64,000 nucleotides of DNA, taken from contig CAWFSF010000002.1 in assembly GCA_963818475.1 (NCBI GenBank), positions 128,001 to 192,000 on the forward strand. Direction: 5' to 3'. This document shows, piece by piece, positions 19,099 through 32,460 of the stretch. The notes beneath the pieces were generated by a model, which made no database searches, had not been told where the DNA came from, and saw nothing but the letters and a program-made list of their open reading frames with translations. The position numbers and the translations under genes are program-made. Origin of the DNA: Nitrospirota bacterium (lineage in GTDB: Bacteria > Nitrospirota > UBA9217). The number at the start of each line of letters is the position of its first letter. The stretch's first letter is position 1.

Positions 19099-20977
19099 AT
19101 GCTCCAGGTCGCGAATATAGAGAAATCCTACGGCAAGCAGACGCTGTTTGACGGCGTCAGCTTTACGGTAAATCCCGGAGAACGCGTGGGCCTCGTGGGC
19201 CGGAACGGCCACGGCAAGTCCACGCTCTTCCGCATGATCCTTGGGGAAGAGCACCAGGACGACGGCACGATCACGACGCCCTGCGGGCTACACCATCGGC
19301 CATTTGTCGCAGCACATCCACTTTACGGAAAAGACGGTCCTCGAGGAGGCCTGCCTCAGCCTGCCGCCGAACGAAGACCACATAGACGAGACCTATAAGG
19401 CCGAAGCGATCCTGCACGGCCTGGGCTTCACCAACAACGACTTCGACCGTTCTCCGGACGAGCTCTCAGGCGGCTACCAGGTGCGCCTGAACCTCGCCAA
19501 GGTCCTGGCCTCCATGCCGAACCTTTTACTGCTCGACGAACCCACGAACTACCTCGACATCCTCTCGGTCCGATGGCTCACGCAATTCCTCCGTGCCTGG
19601 CGCGGAGAGCTTGTCATCATCACCCATGACCGCGAGTTCATGGACAGCGTCTGCACCCACACCATGGCGATCCACCGCGCCAAGATGAAGAAGGTCGCGG
19701 GCAGCACGCGAAAGCTCTACGAGCAGATCCTGCTCGAAGAAGAGATCTACGAGAAGACCCGCCAGAACGACGAGAAAAAGCGGAAAGAAACAGAACAGTT
19801 CATCAACCGCTTTCGCGCCCAGGCCACCAAAGCCAGCGCGGTCCAGTCACGCGTCAAGGCGCTTGCACGGCATGAGCAGCTCGACAAGCTGGAGGCGATC
19901 AAGAACCTCGAGTTTTCGTTCCAGTCGGCGCCTTTTTCGGCCAAGTGGCTTCTGAACACCGAAGAGCTCTGCTTCTCCTTCACCGACGACGGGCCCAACC
20001 TCATCGACGGCCTGACCTTTGCCGTGGGGAAGAAGGACCGCATCGCCGTCATCGGAAAGAACGGCAAGGGCAAGACCACGCTGCTCAACCTGCTGGCCCG
20101 GGAACTGCCGCCCTCCTGCGGCGAGATCAAACACCATCCGAACATGAGGCTCGCCTACTTCGGCCAGACGAACATCAACCGGCTGAACCCGGCCAAGACG
20201 GCGCTCCAGGAAATCATGGACTCCCACCCGGACCACGCCCACGGCATTTCGCGCTCCATCTGCGGCGTCATGATGTTCGAAGGGGACAATGCGCTCAAGA
20301 AAGTGAGCGTGCTGTCGGGCGGCGAGAAGAGCCGCGTGCTGCTCGGCAAGCTCCTTGTCTCGCCGGCGAACCTGCTCATGCTCGACGAGCCCACGAACCA
20401 TCTGGATATGGAGTCCATCGACTCGCTCATCGAAGCGATCGACGTGTTCGACGGCGCGGTCATCATCGTGACGCACAGCGAACTGATGCTGCACGCCCTG
20501 GCAACCCGACTCATCGTGTACGACAACGACACCATCAGCCTCTTTGAAGGGACCTACAGCGACTTCCTCGAACGGGTGGGCTGGGGCGAAGAGGGCGGGC
20601 CCAAAAAGAAGAAACAGAAAAAGAACGCGGACACGAGCGCGAACACCAAAGGCAACGGTGCCAAGGACGCCAAACGTCAGCGCACCACGCTCATGAACGA
20701 CCGCTCAAAAGCGCTGGGGCCGATGGCTGCTCAGATTGCTTCCCTAGAAGCGACCATAACGGGGCTCGAGCAAGCTGTGGAAAAGGACACGCAGGCGCTT
20801 GCGGCTGCTTCCTCCAGGGGCGAAGCCCTCGCGATCAGGACGCTCTCGCATTCCTTGCGCGAGAATCAGCAGAAGATCGATACGCTCTTTGCGGAGCTTG
20901 AAGCGCTCACCGCGAAACATGACGCGAAAGCGCAGGAGTATGACAAGCAGTTGGCTGAACTGGCAGAGGTATCGTAG
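19099..20977 (+). CDS. ABC-F family ATPase; indel near 19280
   Basis: GRNGHGKST in the first ORF; [29 protein letters not shown] and a coiled-coil tail in the second; no TM segments. Confidence 0.9.
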
Positions 20978-21081
20978 TTGCTGAAGAAAAATTCAGGTGG
21001 ACAGGTCGGGGCTGAAGGTGGAATTTTCTTTTACCTCAGCCTTCAGCCCAGGCACCTTAGTTTCCGCTTGCCCGTGGTGCG

Positions 21082-22176
21082 TTATTCCTTAAACGTCCAG
21101 TAGGAATTCAGAAAATAATTGATGAACGTGGCAGGCAGAATGCCCGCGGCCTGATGGACCTGAGGAATTCCAGCCGGATCGATCCGGCTGAGCGCCACAA
21201 AGGTGGCGTAGCTGACGCCGAGCGAAAGAACGGATACAACGTTAAACTTTACCCCCCGGATATGGATCTTGTCCTCATTGTCCCTGCTTCTGAAGGTCCA
21301 GAAATTATTCAGCAGAAAATTCGTGACAATGGATAGTTCGATCGCCAGGGGAGAAGCAATGAACTTGCTCAAACCCATACTCATTAATTTCGTAAAAGAG
21401 ACCAGATTGACAGCCACGCCGATCGATCCGACGGCCGAAAACCGCAAAAAGGTCTTGCTCCGCTCGAACCGGATCCACCAGGCATTGAGCATGAACTCGA
21501 CAATATCGGAAAGCCCCAGTTTCGTCTCCCCTCTCTTCCGGTCAACGAACTCGACAGGGATTTCCCGCACCTTCGCATGATTCAGGATCGCCTCATGAAG
21601 CAGCGATATCTGAAAGGCATAACCCCGGACCTTGAGCGCATCGAGATCGATCTTTTTGACGACCGATGCCCGGATCGCCCGAAAACCCGCTGTGCAGTCC
21701 CGGACCGTATACATGCCAGCTACGTACCGGGCAAATACGTTTCCCCACCGGGAGTTCATCCTTCGTAAAAAACTCCAGTCTTTGGGAATTTTACCGCCTG
21801 GCACATATCTGCTGCCGATCGCAAAATCCGCCCCCCCCGCGACAGCCTCGATCAGCCGCGGCACATCCTCGGGTTTGTGGGAAAAGTCCGCATCCATTTC
21901 CATAACAACATCGGCCTGCAGCTCGGTGATCGCGACTTTCATGCCCCGCACGTAGGCCGCGCCCAACCCCTGTTTTTCACCGGTCATTAAATGAAGGTTC
22001 GGCCATGCAGTGCGCGCAGCCCTGACGATCTCCGCGGTGCCGTCCGGCGAATTATCATCAACGACCAATATATGCATGTCGTGCGGGATCTTCCTGAATT
22101 GTTCCTGCAGCGCGTGCATGATGAGTCCGATATTGTCTTTTTCATTATAGGTGGGCAAAATAACGACGATCTTCAT
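21082..22176 (-). CDS. Polyprenol-phosphate glycosyltransferase (GT2, Dpm1/Ppm1-like) fused to GtrA flippase-like domain
   Basis: PTYNEKDN, VDDNSPDGT, MDADFSH, GSRYVPGG; C-terminal NFLLNNFWTF ... NYFLNSYWTF. Confidence 0.92.
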   Translation of the reverse strand: MKIVVILPTYNEKDNIGLIMHALQEQFRKIPHDMHILVVDDNSPDGTAEIVRAARTAWPNLHLMTGEKQGLGAAYVRGMKVAITELQADVVMEMDADFSHKPEDVPRLIEAVAGGADFAIGSRYVPGGKIPKDWSFLRRMNSRWGNVFARYVAGMYTVRDCTAGFRAIRASVVKKIDLDALKVRGYAFQISLLHEAILNHAKVREIPVEFVDRKRGETKLGLSDIVEFMLNAWWIRFERSKTFLRFSAVGSIGVAVNLVSFTKLMSMGLSKFIASPLAIELSIVTNFLLNNFWTFRSRDNEDKIHIRGVKFNVVSVLSLGVSYATFVALSRIDPAGIPQVHQAAGILPATFINYFLNSYWTFKE

Positions 22177-22250
22177 ATGTATCACCTGTGATGCGTTAAT
22201 TTCTGACGGCAGATCAGCGAAGAGCATGGGGCCGCCCATTTTGCGTGCAT

Positions 22251-23513
22251 TCAGACGCCGGTCGTGTCGCTCGCGGCTGCCGTCATGGCAATTGCTTGAC
22301 TTTCGCTCCCCTGCGCGGGCTCTGTATAGAGCCGGAAGAACAGGTATGCCGCAAAGCAGGTCGCTATCAGCGGGGACACCCAGAATGCTTCCGCGTGCGG
22401 CGTAAGCGCCTTGTCGATGGGGCGGCTGCCTATCAGGACCGCCACCATGCCCGCCAGGAAGAGGCCCTGGCCGAGCCGTTTCTCCGCCAAAAATGCGAGG
22501 GAGAGAAAAACGGCGATTGACGGGCCGAGCATGGCGTACGTATTATTCTCTGTTCGCGGGCTGAACAGGATCAGGTAGAGAGCGGCCATAGAATAAACAT
22601 AGATCGCCGAACGGTTCGCATCGTACCGACGCCGGGCCAGGAAACAGAGCGCCAGCGTCCCGAAGGCGGCGGCGATGCGGACCGCCATCTGGACCTGCTC
22701 CGTCAGCTCCACGCCCACAAGCCGCAGTGCGCTGAACGGCGACGTCCACCCCTGGACCACCACACCCACGTGTGCAGCCGTGGTTGAGTTGTGCAGAAAT
22801 GCCGCATACTGCTGCAGGACGTATGCGGGACTCTGCGTTAAAAAAGGTGCAAGTGCGAGAGCCGCCATGCCCAGAACCAGGCGCCAGGTCATGGGACGAT
22901 CGATCGCCATGACCAGCAGCACCAGCACGATCGCGAGCGGTTTCATCGCCACGCTGAGCGACAGCCACAGCACGGCGCGCCACCAGCGGCAGCGTGCAAT
23001 ATCAGCGATTGCCAGGAGCATGAAGCCGGCCATGATGAGCGTGGCCTGTCCGTTCTTGGCGCAGTCCCACGCCAGGGGGATCGCAACAAGCGTCATCAGC
23101 GGAAAAAAGGTCTTGCCCGAGCGCTCATGCCCGAGCCAGGCAAAGCTGCGCAGTCCCAGTGCGAACACGCCGGTGTTCACGAGACGCCAGAGCACCTCGG
23201 CCATTGCCTGGGGGATCATCGCAAAGGGCGCGAAGAGAATGGCCGCCTGGGGGAAATAGACAAATCCCCCAACTCCTGAGCCGTCGTACAGACCATGACC
23301 GGCGAACCAATTCACCGCTGCGGTCCGGTAAGCGGAAACGACCGACCGGTTGCTTCCGGCTATGATCAGCGCAGCGGTCACGAGAAACAGCGCCATCCAG
23401 CCGAGCCACGCGTTTTTGTCAGACTGTTTATCGCTTGCCGGCACCCTCATGCCCTCCCTCAAAATTCTGCAGACCTGTTCGTTCGTCGCATCGATCTCAG
23501 CTCTCTGCGGCAT
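22251..23513 (-). CDS. Membrane GT-C glycosyltransferase (GT87/DUF2029-like)
   Basis: Multi-TM; GFVYFPQAAILFAPF, NGQ, MKP motifs; adjacent to the polyprenol-P-sugar synthase. Start uncertain. Confidence 0.78.
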   Translation of the reverse strand: MPQRAEIDATNEQVCRILREGMRVPASDKQSDKNAWLGWMALFLVTAALIIAGSNRSVVSAYRTAAVNWFAGHGLYDGSGVGGFVYFPQAAILFAPFAMIPQAMAEVLWRLVNTGVFALGLRSFAWLGHERSGKTFFPLMTLVAIPLAWDCAKNGQATLIMAGFMLLAIADIARCRWWRAVLWLSLSVAMKPLAIVLVLLVMAIDRPMTWRLVLGMAALALAPFLTQSPAYVLQQYAAFLHNSTTAAHVGVVVQGWTSPFSALRLVGVELTEQVQMAVRIAAAFGTLALCFLARRRYDANRSAIYVYSMAALYLILFSPRTENNTYAMLGPSIAVFLSLAFLAEKRLGQGLFLAGMVAVLIGSRPIDKALTPHAEAFWVSPLIATCFAAYLFFRLYTEPAQGSESQAIAMTAAASDTTGV

Positions 23514-23758
23514 GCTCCGGAAAAACGGTCTTTTTTCAGTTAAAACTGCCAGACTTTATCAGAATTAAATATCCTTATCAAGCCAATTTTTTCCACGTGC
23601 GACAGGCCAAAACAACATTTTCGCTGCTTTCTCCAGATGGCGCAATTTATCCACGGCATATCCCTGAAATCGGAAGCTCAGGCCACCGGTGGAGTTCGGA
23701 AAAAAAGAAACGTCACGATTTTGGCAGCCGTTCCTGGCACCTTCAGCAAGCTGACCAT

Positions 23759-23782
23759 AAAAAAGGGAGCCTTTCGGCTCCC
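23759..23782 (-). terminator. Intrinsic terminator
   Basis: GGGAGCC-GAAA-GGCTCCC-TTTTTT. Confidence 0.8.
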
Positions 23783-23833
23783 GGAAATATACAACGCAAA
23801 TTAGTTCCTGTCCTGATAGCCGCTGCGAAGAAC

Positions 23834-24361
23834 CTACTTCCCGGCCTGCTGCAACTGCGCGATCACATCCTTGATCTGCGCTGCATCACGCGCGTTCGGT
23901 GAAAGTTCAAGGTACGTCTTGAACTCCTTGATGGCTCCCTCGCTGTCCTTGAGATCGAAACCAAGAACGACCCCGAGGTTCCGGTGGGCGTTCGCGTGGC
24001 TGGGCGTTATCTTGATTGCCTTGCGGAACTCGGCAACTGCCGCCTCGAACTTGCCCATACCACGCATACAGGTCCCCATATCGACCCTGACGTTCGCGTT
24101 CTTCGGATCCAGTGCAAGGGCCTTCTGATAGGAGTCAATAGCCTCGTTGAACTGCTGCGTATCCATCAGCGCGTTGCCCAGGGCGATCCATCCGTCCGCT
24201 TTGCCTGGATTCATTTTCGCCAGCGACCGCAGGTTGTCGATCTGCTGGGCCGTGATCATGGCCTGCGGAGGAGCGACCACCTGTTTATTAGACGCTTCCT
24301 TCTGCTGACAGCCAGCCACTCCGAACAGCATCACCAGTACTGCACAAAACAGTATTCTCAT
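23834..24361 (-). CDS. TPR lipoprotein
   Basis: Lipobox VAGC; three TPRs. Confidence 0.88.
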   Translation of the reverse strand: MRILFCAVLVMLFGVAGCQQKEASNKQVVAPPQAMITAQQIDNLRSLAKMNPGKADGWIALGNALMDTQQFNEAIDSYQKALALDPKNANVRVDMGTCMRGMGKFEAAVAEFRKAIKITPSHANAHRNLGVVLGFDLKDSEGAIKEFKTYLELSPNARDAAQIKDVIAQLQQAGK

Positions 24362-24451
24362 AGTTACCTCCCCTAAGATAATGGTTTTTTGAGAGCATGG
24401 CTCTCCAACATTCCGGAAGCCGTCTCATGCATTCTATCAGCAGATACCCGC

Positions 24452-24769
24452 TTACGTCTTGATGAAGGAACAACAATAATCGGACAGTTTGGAAACCTTG
24501 AGCTTGAACTTTGAGTTGGCCGCGACCTCGAACGCTTCCCCGCCCTTCACGGCCTTCCAGGCGGCCTGTCCCGGCAGCAGCACCTCGAGCTCGCCGGAGA
24601 GGATCTCCATAAGTTCCTTGTCAGCGGTCCCGAACTCGTATTCGCCCGGCAGCATCACGCCGAGGGTCTTCTTCGATCCGTCGGCGAACAGCACGGTCCT
24701 GCTCACGACCTTGCCGTCAAAGTAGACATTCGCTTCACGGACAACGGTTACATTCTTGAATTCAGACAT
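24452..24769 (-). CDS. ppnP: Pyrimidine/purine nucleoside phosphorylase PpnP
   Basis: [33 protein letters not shown]. Confidence 0.93.
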   Translation of the reverse strand: MSEFKNVTVVREANVYFDGKVVSRTVLFADGSKKTLGVMLPGEYEFGTADKELMEILSGELEVLLPGQAAWKAVKGGEAFEVAANSKFKLKVSKLSDYCCSFIKT

Positions 24770-24794
24770 AAGAGCACCTCCGCAAATCTTTTTT

Positions 24795-25109
24795 TACCGC
24801 AGAGGACGCAGAGGAAGGCCAAATCCTTCACAATCCATTGACCATCCTCTTAATCCCTTCTTTCACATGCACGACATTGGAATTAGTGACGCAAACCGAG
24901 TGACTTCTTGCTCAGCTTAAGATATGAAAGGAGCTGTGCCTCGTGGATCGGTAGAATTCTTTCTACTTCTTTCAGTTCCACGCTCACAACATCTTCGACA
25001 ATACAACCAGCATCGATCTTCAAGCCATTTATTTTCCCCTGCATCCTCCGCAGTACTATGCCTTATTTCTCCTGCATATCTCTGTTTTCCTCTGTATCCT
25101 CTGCGGTGA
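24795..25109 (-). pseudogene. Decayed GxxExxY (PD-(D/E)XK-type) gene remnant inside terminal inverted repeats
   Basis: 25029->24828 translates ..IVEDVVSVELKEVERILPIHEAQLLSYLKLSKKSLGL / (frameshift) NSNVVHVKEGIKRMVNGL*; flanked by ACCGCAGAGGACGCAGAGGA and TCCTCTGTATCCTCTGCGGT. Confidence 0.82.
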
Positions 25110-25121
25110 GCAGATTTGGAC

Positions 25122-26802
25122 TTACCTCGTCAGGTGCCGGTACTTGATCCGGTGCGGCTGGTCAGCCTCGGCGCCGAGCCGCTTTTTCCGGTCTTCCTCG
25201 TACTCGGAATAGTTCCCGTCAAAGAAGACCACCTTGCTGTCGCCTTCGAAGGCGAGGATGTGCGTGGCAATGCGGTCCAGGAACCAGCGGTCGTGGCTGA
25301 TGACCACGGCGCAGCCCGCGAAGTTCTCGAGCCCTTCTTCGAGCGCCCGCATGGTGTTCACATCGATGTCGTTCGTGGGCTCGTCCAGGAGCAGCACGTT
25401 CGCCTCTTCCTTCAGGATCCGCGCGAGGTGCACCCGGTTCCGCTCTCCGCCCGACAGCACGCCGACCTTCTTCTGCTGGTCCGTGCCGCCGAAATTGAAG
25501 CGCGACACGTAGGCGCGGGAGTTCATCAGGAGCTTGCCGAGCTGGACCTGCTCCTGGCCGCCGGTGATCACCTCCCAGATGGTCTTGTTCGGGTCGAGCA
25601 CGTCGCGGCTCTGGTCCACATAGCCCGAGCTTCACGGTCTCGCCGACCCTGATCGTGCCTTTGTCCGGCTTGTCCTGGCCCGTGATCATGCGGAAGAGCG
25701 TGGTCTTGCCCGCGCCGTTCGGGCCGATGACGCCCACGATGCCGCCAGGCGGGAGCATGAAGGACATACCCTCGACGAGGATGTTGTCGCCGTAGGCCTT
25801 GGTCACGTTGTCGGCCTCGATCACGACCTTGCCGAGCCGGGGTCCCGGCGGAATGTAGATCTCCAGTTCCTTGCCGCGCGCCTCGGTCTGCTGCCGGAGC
25901 AGTTCTTCGTAGGAGCTGATGCGCGCCTTGGATTTCGCATGCCTGCCCTTGGGCGACATCCTGATCCATTCGAGTTCGCGCGCCAGCGTCCTCTGACGGT
26001 CGCTTTCGGTCTTCTCCTCCTGCTTCAGCCGGTTGCCCTTCTGCTCGAGCCAGGACGAGTAGTTCCCCTTCCAGGGAATGCCCTGGCCGCGGTCGAGCTC
26101 CAGGATCCAGCCCGCGACATTGTCGAGGAAGTAGCGGTCATGGGTCACGGCGATGACCGTGCCCTCGTATCGCTGGAGGTGGTGTTCGAGCCAGGCAACG
26201 GACTCGGCATCGAGATGGTTCGTGGGCTCGTCGAGCAGCAGGATGTCGGGCGTCTGGAGGAGCAGCCGGCAGAGCGCCACGCGCCGCTTCTCTCCGCCCG
26301 AGAGGTTCTTCACCTGCGCGTCGCCTGGCGGACAGCGCAGCGCGTCCATGGCCATTTCAAGCCTGCTGTCGAGCTCCCAGGCGTTCAGGTGGTCGAGCTT
26401 CTCCTGCACCGTGCCCTGGCGCTCGATGAGCTTGTTCATCTCGTCGTCGGTCATGGGATTGGCGAAGCTCTCGTTGATCTTGTTGTACTCGGCAAGAAGG
26501 TCGACGGTCTCCTGCACGCCCTCTTCCACGAACTGGCGCACGGTCTTCTTCTCGTCGAGCTTCGGCTCCTGTTCGAGAAAGCCCACGCTATAGCCGGCTG
26601 AGAGCACTGCCTCGCCTACAAATTCTTTATCAACGCCTGCCATGATGCGGAGCAGCGAGCTCTTGCCCGAGCCGTTCAGGCCGAGCACGCCGATCTTGGC
26701 GCCGTAGAAGTAGGACAAATAAATGTCCTTCAGTACCGGTTTTTTGTCGTGGAGCTTTCCCACGCCGACCATGGAATAGATGATCTTGTTCGGTTCTGCC
26801 AT
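25122..26802 (-). CDS. ettA: Energy-dependent translational throttle EttA (ABC-F); indel near 25625
   Basis: [42 protein letters not shown]-terminal [11 protein letters not shown]. Confidence 0.95.
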
Positions 26803-26983
26803 AGAATGCTCTTGCGACCTCCTCAAAAATATAGGCTCTTTTGTACACTGTAATGAGGTAATGTGTCAACTGCTATTTCTGGGCGCGCATTGCCCGGCCA
26901 TAGGTTTTCTGCCGTATGATGCGCGTCATAGCAGGTTCCGGCGTCCAGGGTGTACACTGTTGCAATTACTCAGGAGGTGTGCT

Positions 26984-27205
26984 ATGAAAGAACTGAACGT
27001 TACGACTATAGAACCGAGGAACAGACATCCGCTTATATTCAGCACGTTCGACGGGCTGCAGAAGGGCGAGGCATTGGTCCTGACCAACGACCACGACCCC
27101 AAACCGCTTTATTATTCGCTGCTCCATGAGCGGGAAGGCCAGTTCGAGTGGGAATATCTTGCTCAGGGACCTGAGGAATGGAAGGTGAAAATTGCCAAAA
27201 AATAA
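26984..27205 (+). CDS. DUF2249-family protein
   Basis: RHPLIF..F..L..GE...NDHDPKPLYY...GPEEWKV; SD CAGGAGG. Confidence 0.85.
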   Translation: MKELNVTTIEPRNRHPLIFSTFDGLQKGEALVLTNDHDPKPLYYSLLHEREGQFEWEYLAQGPEEWKVKIAKK

Positions 27206-27410
27206 GCCGGAGACGAAGAAAAAGGTCCAGCTGCTGTTGAATATCGATTACGCACTGTGTCAGGGCTGCGGCGGGTGCGCCGAGGCCTTTCCGCAGTATT
27301 TCGAGATTCGGGACGACAAAGCCTGGATCATCAACGCTGACAAGTTCGCCCCCGAAGACAAGGACGGCGTGCTTCATGTCTGCCCGTATTACGCGATCGC
27401 GGTGGAGTAA
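27192..27410 (+). CDS. Ferredoxin (single cluster)
   Basis: CQGCGGC...CPYYAI. Confidence 0.85.
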   Translation: MPKNKPETKKKVQLLLNIDYALCQGCGGCAEAFPQYFEIRDDKAWIINADKFAPEDKDGVLHVCPYYAIAVE

Positions 27411-27544
27411 GACCGCGCCGATTCATGAGGATCGGCATGATCGGCAGCAGGTCTTTCCCGTGCACTTTCCTTGCCCGGTCGGGAAAAAAGGCGCTAAGAG
27501 ACGCCTTCCCTGTTCCTCCTGCTACGCAGCGGGTTGAAGACGGG

Positions 27545-30352
<2,808 letters not shown>

Positions 30353-30405
30353 GACGGTTCTCCCATAGTAATTAAAAATAAACTTCTTAAATGAAAGAAA
30401 AAATC

Positions 30406-30503
30406 TGCCACAAAGTCACCAAGACACGAAGAAGGACTAAATTAGAGTTAATTAATCTACAAAGTTTGTATGAATTTCTTAGTGCCTTCGTGTCTTCGTG
30501 GCA
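30406..30503. repeat. Inverted repeat of the CACGAAG family between atpA and atpG
   Basis: TGCCACAAAGTCACCAAGACACGAAG ... CTTAGTGCCTTCGTGTCTTCGTGGCA with AT-rich core. Confidence 0.7.
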
Positions 30504-30526
30504 CATTCAGTTTCCGCTTGTCGGCG

Positions 30527-32376
30527 TTACGTGACCGGCGCCAATGCGGGCGATTCCGTCCTTTGCCGGAGAAAGTCCCGGGTAAACAGGCTCACGGCCT
30601 GCACCAATATTTTTTCCGTGTCCTCGGACAGATCCTTCAGCTCGCCGATGCTTGGAAGCACGGCCGGGTACTGGGATGCCATGAAGGTGAAGAGCGCCTG
30701 TTCATACGCCTTGACCTGCTCCACCGGCACCGCATCGAGATACCCGTTGACCGCTGCATAGAGGAGGACGATCTGCTTCTCCAGCGGCAGCGGGTTATGC
30801 TGGTCCTGTTTTAGCACCTCCCGCTCCCGCTCGCCCCTGGTCAGCTGGTCCAGCGTTGCCTGGTCGACTTCCGCGCCGAACTTGACGAACTGCGCCATCT
30901 CGTGGTACTGGGCAAGGTCAATGCGCAGGCGGCCGGCCACTTTTTTCATCACCCGCGTCTGGGCCATGCCGCCGACCCGGGATACGGACAGCCCCACATC
31001 CATCGCCGGCCTGGAGCCCTCGTTAAACAGGCCGGCATCGAGAAAGATCTGCCCGTCGCATATGGAAATGACATTGGTGGGGATAAAGGCGGAGATATCT
31101 CCTCCCAGGGTCTCGACGATCGGGAGCGCGGTAAGGGAGCCGCCGCCAAGGTCGTCCCGCAGACAGGCGGCCCGTTCGAGCAAGCGGGAATGGACATAGA
31201 AGATGTCGCCGGGATAGGCTTCGCGTCCGATCGGCCGCTTTAGCAGCGCCGAGATCTCCCGGTACGTGACCGCATGCTTGCTCAGGTCATCGTAAATGAC
31301 CAGGGCATGACCGCCGCTGTCCATGAATTCCTCTCCCATGGCGCAGGCCGCATAGGGAACGAGGTAGCGGAATGCAGGCTCTTCGTTGGAAAAGGCAACG
31401 ACAATGATGGTGTACTCCATCGCACCACGCTCCTGGAGCGTATGGACCACGCGGGCCACCGTCGACGCCTTCTGGCCGATCGCCGCATAGATGCAGATGA
31501 CGCCCGCGCCCCTCTGGCTCAAAATGGTGTCAACGGCGATCGTGGTCTTGCCGATCTTCCGGTCGCCGAGAATCAGCTCGCGCTGGCCACGCCCCAGGGG
31601 AACGAGCGCATCGATGATCTTGATCCCCGAGTGCAGCGGCCCGATCACCGGATGACGCTTGACCACGCCGGGCGCCACCCGCTCCACCGGCTTAAACTTT
31701 TCCGTTTCTATCGGTCCTTTTCCATCGATCGGCTGGCCCAGGGCGTTTACGAGCCGGCCAACGAGCGCCTCGCCCACCGGGACCTGCAACAGACGGCCGG
31801 TCCTTTCCACGACACTTCCCTCTTCAATCTCCTCCTCGCGTCCGATCAGGAGGCACCCCACGGAGTCTTGCAGCAGATTGAAGGCGATGCCGTAAACATC
31901 GTGCCGAAAACGGACGATCTCCTGAGAACCAACACCCCGCAAGCCGGAAACGATCGCAATGCCATCGCCGACCTGAAGGACTTCTCCGATGTCGGTCAGT
32001 TCTTCGACACGGAGCCGCGGCTCCGTCTTCTCGATGACCCTCGACAGGTGCGCGGCCGTCTCTTCGACCGTCGTCAGCCCCTCTCGTCTTACCGCCGCAA
32101 ATTGTGATTCCAGGTCTTCCAGGAGTTTCCGACGGAGATCGAGGTCGAGCTTTTCTCTCCCCCGAAAATCAGCCTGGCGCCGACATCCAGACGCGGGTTC
32201 ACTTTCACGTCGATCGAGAGCTCTCTTCCCGCAGCAACCGACAGCTTTGCCTTGAGTTGATTCACGAGGAGAGGATCAAGGGGTATCTGGGTCTCCAGGA
32301 CCACAACGGGCTCGCGCAGGCCTTTCAAGAGGGGGCCCAGGGCAGACTCTTCACGCTTATTTCGGTTCTCTTCCAT
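30527..32376 (-). CDS. atpA: ATP synthase alpha subunit, apparently N-terminally fused to a delta C-terminal-like domain; indel near 32160
   Basis: GDRKIGKT, REAYPGD, DGQIFL; the alpha frame stays open upstream through IGEVLQVGDG to KLDLDLRRKLLEDL and meets ORF 32089-32376 (..DVKVNPRLDVGARLIFG) at a G5 run. Confidence 0.9.
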
Positions 32377-32434
32377 GGTTAACGCCGATATCAGCAGGGC
32401 GGTTTACCGCATCCGCTGTATTGACAGGTTATGC
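32377..32434 (-). mobile_element. attC-like integron recombination site (58 bp)
   Basis: GCATAAC-ctgtc-AATACAGCGG-atGCGGtaaaCCGCcc-TGCTGATATC-ggc-GTTAACC: AAC/GTT ends, paired L boxes, central hairpin, just downstream of the ALDH stop. Confidence 0.8.
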
Positions 32435-32460
32435 AAGCTTCATTTGCTCTATTGATGAAT

